Positions 61,253 through 64,000 of a DNA stretch of 64,000 nucleotides are shown here, piece by piece. Within the stretch, counting starts at the first letter, position 1. Every line of letters starts with the position of its first letter. Under the pieces are notes generated by a model, which had not been told where the DNA came from, made no database searches, and saw nothing but the letters and a program-made list of their open reading frames with translations. Source of the stretch: an uncultured Chloroflexia bacterium (GTDB lineage: Bacteria; Chloroflexota; Anaerolineae; JAAYZQ01); assembly GCA_963700285.1 (NCBI GenBank), contig CAVOXA010000001.1, positions 352,001-416,000 of the forward strand, read 5' to 3'. Both the position numbers and the translations under genes were made by a program.

Positions 61253-62028
61253 CTACAGCCGCCTTACGACCCAGATCTGCTCGCCGCTGTGTTCATCCAG
61301 AGGACGCCGGTCGAACCAGCCATAGACCGCCTCGACCTCGAAGCCGCAGCGGGCTAGCAGGTGTTCCATCTCCCGCGGCCAAATATAGCATAGGGTGAAG
61401 TTGCGGTAGCGTGTGGTCACGACAAAGCCTTCGCTGTCCAGTTGCTCGTAGCGGTATTGCACGTGGATGCGCTGTTGGTGGATGTCGTAGAGGTGGCTCG
61501 CCCAGACGGCCACGCGGGTACCGCCGGTCGCATCGCTGACTTCCTGCAAGTAGCTGAGCCCTTGTTTGGTCGTGGTCGTGTGCTCGGCTATCATTCTCAG
61601 GTCGGGGACGAACAGATTCAAGGCCAGCCGGCCACCAGGGTCCAGATGCTCGCCGATGTTCGTGAGGGCCTGGATCTGATCGTCGGGGTTGAGCAGGTGA
61701 AGGAACGACCGGGCGGGAATGATGGCCAGGCCAAAGCGTTCGTCCAGGCAAAAGCTGCGCATGTCGGCTTGCACCCAGCGTACCGGCAGATCGCCCAACT
61801 CCCGGCTTTTTCCCGGCCCTTGTCCAGCATCCGCACCGAACTGTCTACCCCAACAACCGGTATCCCAGCCTGGGCGATGGGCAGCGTGACGCGGCCGGTG
61901 CCGCATGCCAGTTCCAGCACCGGTGGCTGTACAGCCCTGGCCTCCTCGAGATAGAAATCCAGGTCCATCGTCGTGGTTCCATATTGCAGGTCATAAACAT
62001 CAGCAAATGTGTCGTACTCTGTCGCCAC
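61253..62028 (-). CDS. Class I SAM-dependent methyltransferase, frameshift near 61805
   Basis: VLELACGTGR and GVD.S..ML in ORF 61618-62028; ADMR.F, HL.PGG.L and GF.V..VYG.FD in ORF 61253-61906. Confidence 0.85.
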
Positions 62029-62138
62029 GTCTCTCCTCCGAGGATCTGCTACCAGCGTCCGTCTGCCAGCTAGCAGCCTTCAGCTTCCATCTGCTGAATC
62101 TCATGGGCTGATTGCTGATAGCCAGCAGCTAGCCGCCC

Positions 62139-63320
62139 TCAGCCTGCCATGGCCAGAGCCACACAGCCCACCGCGTTCTCTACGAGTTCGTCCAGCGATA
62201 TCCGTTCTTCCACCGTGTGGACTACCGTATCCACCCCGGGCCCAAACCCGAGAACGGTGGTGCCGGCAGCAGCAAAGTGGCCGCCGTCGGTGGCAAAGCG
62301 CCAGACGTCCACCTCTATTTCGTGGCCCAGTGCTGTCGTCAGTGTCTCCTGTGCGGCAGCCAGCCAGGGATGGTCGGCATCTGTGGTAAAGGAGGGAAAG
62401 GTGTCGGGAAAGGTCATCTGAAAGCCGGTATAGGTGGTCAATTCCTTGGTGGCGACCTCAACCCGACCCTGGCAACCGGACTCTAGGCTGCGAGCGAGCG
62501 GTGACTCCAATTTACCCAGGATTTCCGCAGGCCCTTCACCGGGGATATTGCGCCAGTCAAGCACGAGGCGGATCTCACCAGGGGTTACGTTGGCGCTTCC
62601 TGGTTCACTGACCACGCGCGTTGGAGCCACCGTCGATGCGCCATAGTCCGGGTCCGAGGCCATGTGCAGGGATCGGAGTTTGTCCACAAAGTGCATCATC
62701 GAAAAATGTGGATTGATGCCCAGGTCCGGCATGGAGGCGTGCACCGACCGTCCCTCAAAGTGGGCCAGCAGCTCTATCCTGCCCCGGTGCCCGCGGCGCA
62801 GGTGGTTGCCGCTCGCCTCGCCGACGATCGCCCTGTCCACAGGCAGGGTTCGGGCCAGGTGTCGCGCTCCCAGACCGCCCACCTCTTCCTGGACGACCGC
62901 GCTCACGTACACGTCGCCCGGTGGGCTGGCGCCCAGCTTCTTGATCAGACCCCCGGCGTAGACCATGGCCGCCAGTGCGCCCTGCATATCGGCCGCGCCC
63001 CGGCCCCACAGCTCGCCGTCGTGGATCTCACCGCCGAGCGGTGGGTAAGGCCACCGGGCCGGGTCGCCAGTTTCCACCTGGTCCATGTGCGCGTTGAACA
63101 TCAACGACGGCCCCCCGCCGCCAGGGATTCGGCCGATGACATTGCCTGCCTCGTCCACCCAGACCTCGTCGTAATCCAGGAGCCTCATTTCGGCTTCTAC
63201 CAGCGCAGCCACTTTGCCTTCCTGGCCAGACAGGCTTGGTGTCTGGATCAGTTTCTGAGCAAAGGACACCAGGCCCTGGCGATTCGCTTCTGCTAGTTTC
63301 CAGATTTCGCTTCCCTTCAT
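62139..63320 (-). CDS. M20 family metallopeptidase/deacylase
   Basis: NAHMD, GRGAADM, VQEE, GE, HAS, TDG, HT..E; ATG at 63320. Confidence 0.9.
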   Translation of the reverse strand: MKGSEIWKLAEANRQGLVSFAQKLIQTPSLSGQEGKVAALVEAEMRLLDYDEVWVDEAGNVIGRIPGGGGPSLMFNAHMDQVETGDPARWPYPPLGGEIHDGELWGRGAADMQGALAAMVYAGGLIKKLGASPPGDVYVSAVVQEEVGGLGARHLARTLPVDRAIVGEASGNHLRRGHRGRIELLAHFEGRSVHASMPDLGINPHFSMMHFVDKLRSLHMASDPDYGASTVAPTRVVSEPGSANVTPGEIRLVLDWRNIPGEGPAEILGKLESPLARSLESGCQGRVEVATKELTTYTGFQMTFPDTFPSFTTDADHPWLAAAQETLTTALGHEIEVDVWRFATDGGHFAAAGTTVLGFGPGVDTVVHTVEERISLDELVENAVGCVALAMAG

Positions 63321-64000
63321 TCCTGTTCCTCCAGAGTATATGAGTTGTTGTGATTGCTCGACTTCAAGTCTGTTCCCCGTAGCTGCATCCACCGCTGTCG
63401 GAGTACCAATATCAAGAAGCGGGGTAGCGCCAACTGGCGCCGCCAGCGCCACGGCTCGCGGATCAAGCGGTAGAGCCATTCCAACCCCAGCCGGCGTATC
63501 CAGACGGGCGCTCTCTTGGTGACGCCGGCCACAAAATCAAAGCTGCCCCCTACGCCGATCATAACCGGCACGCCCAATCGATCGCGGTTGCGGGCAATCC
63601 ACTTTTCCTCGGCCGGGACGCCATAGGCCACGAAGAGCAGATCCGGCGTCGTGGCGCGTACCTGAGCAATGACCTCATCCTCGTCCTCGCCGCGCGGGGT
63701 GCCGGCAAAGGTACCGGCCACGTCCAAGCCTGGATTGGCCGCCGCCAGCCGTTCGGCGACGGCTTTGGCAACACCCGGCGCCGCCCCCAGGAAAAATGGC
63801 CGGTAACCCCAGTGGGCGCAGTGGGCTGAAAGCCGGTGGATGCCGTCGGAGCCGGTCACCCGCTCCCCCAGGGAATGGCCGAGCAAGTGGGCGGCCAGAA
63901 CCAATCCCACGGCATCGGCCACGACCAGGTCGGCCCTGTTGAGCATCTGGCGGAATGCCGGATCGTCGTGGGCCGCGACCAGCATCTCTGTGTTGAGCGT
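63317..64000 (-). CDS. WecB/TagA/CpsF glycosyltransferase (5' end outside window)
   Basis: ERVTGSD, FFLGA.PG, G.P.EEKWI, GVGGSFD, RAP....LGLEWLYRL..EP.R. Confidence 0.9.
   Translation of the reverse strand, partial: TLNTEMLVAAHDDPAFRQMLNRADLVVADAVGLVLAAHLLGHSLGERVTGSDGIHRLSAHCAHWGYRPFFLGAAPGVAKAVAERLAAANPGLDVAGTFAGTPRGEDEDEVIAQVRATTPDLLFVAYGVPAEEKWIARNRDRLGVPVMIGVGGSFDFVAGVTKRAPVWIRRLGLEWLYRLIREPWRWRRQLALPRFLILVLRQRWMQLRGTDLKSSNHNNSYTLEEQE

Noticed and set aside
62061-62140. Degenerate heptamer-like tracts (CAGCTAGCAGC / GCTGATTGCTGATAGC); similar low-complexity tracts at 15975-16025 and 11745-11820
   Set aside because: Short, decayed intergenic repeats with no associated gene; not enough to call an element

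Overview
GC-rich bacterial window, most likely Chloroflexota (Anaerolineae-like; inferred from the PD40 protein with an IYLPLV-type motif, the CHAT/TPR proteins and the REP-like element). No rRNA, tRNA, CRISPR array or transposase was recognised. It opens with a branched-chain amino acid cluster (leuD, leuB, ilvE, cimA) followed by an intact LeuA paralog that has lost its catalytic residues. About 40 metabolic and transport genes follow, several broken by single-base frameshifts (probably assembly errors) and several reduced to remnants by deletions. The minus strand at 50.8-61.1 kb carries two signalling or conflict operons. (1) CHAT protease, membrane-anchored TPR receptor and lipoprotein: the CHAT protein and the receptor's cytoplasmic N-terminus share a 23-aa Gly/beta-branched motif, suggesting homotypic, possibly amyloid-type, transmembrane signalling. 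This is the best candidate for an undescribed system. (2) P-loop ATPase, degenerate ATPase-like partner, CHAT-STAND-TPR protein and HAD-like gene. All calls come from reading motifs by eye; no searches were run.
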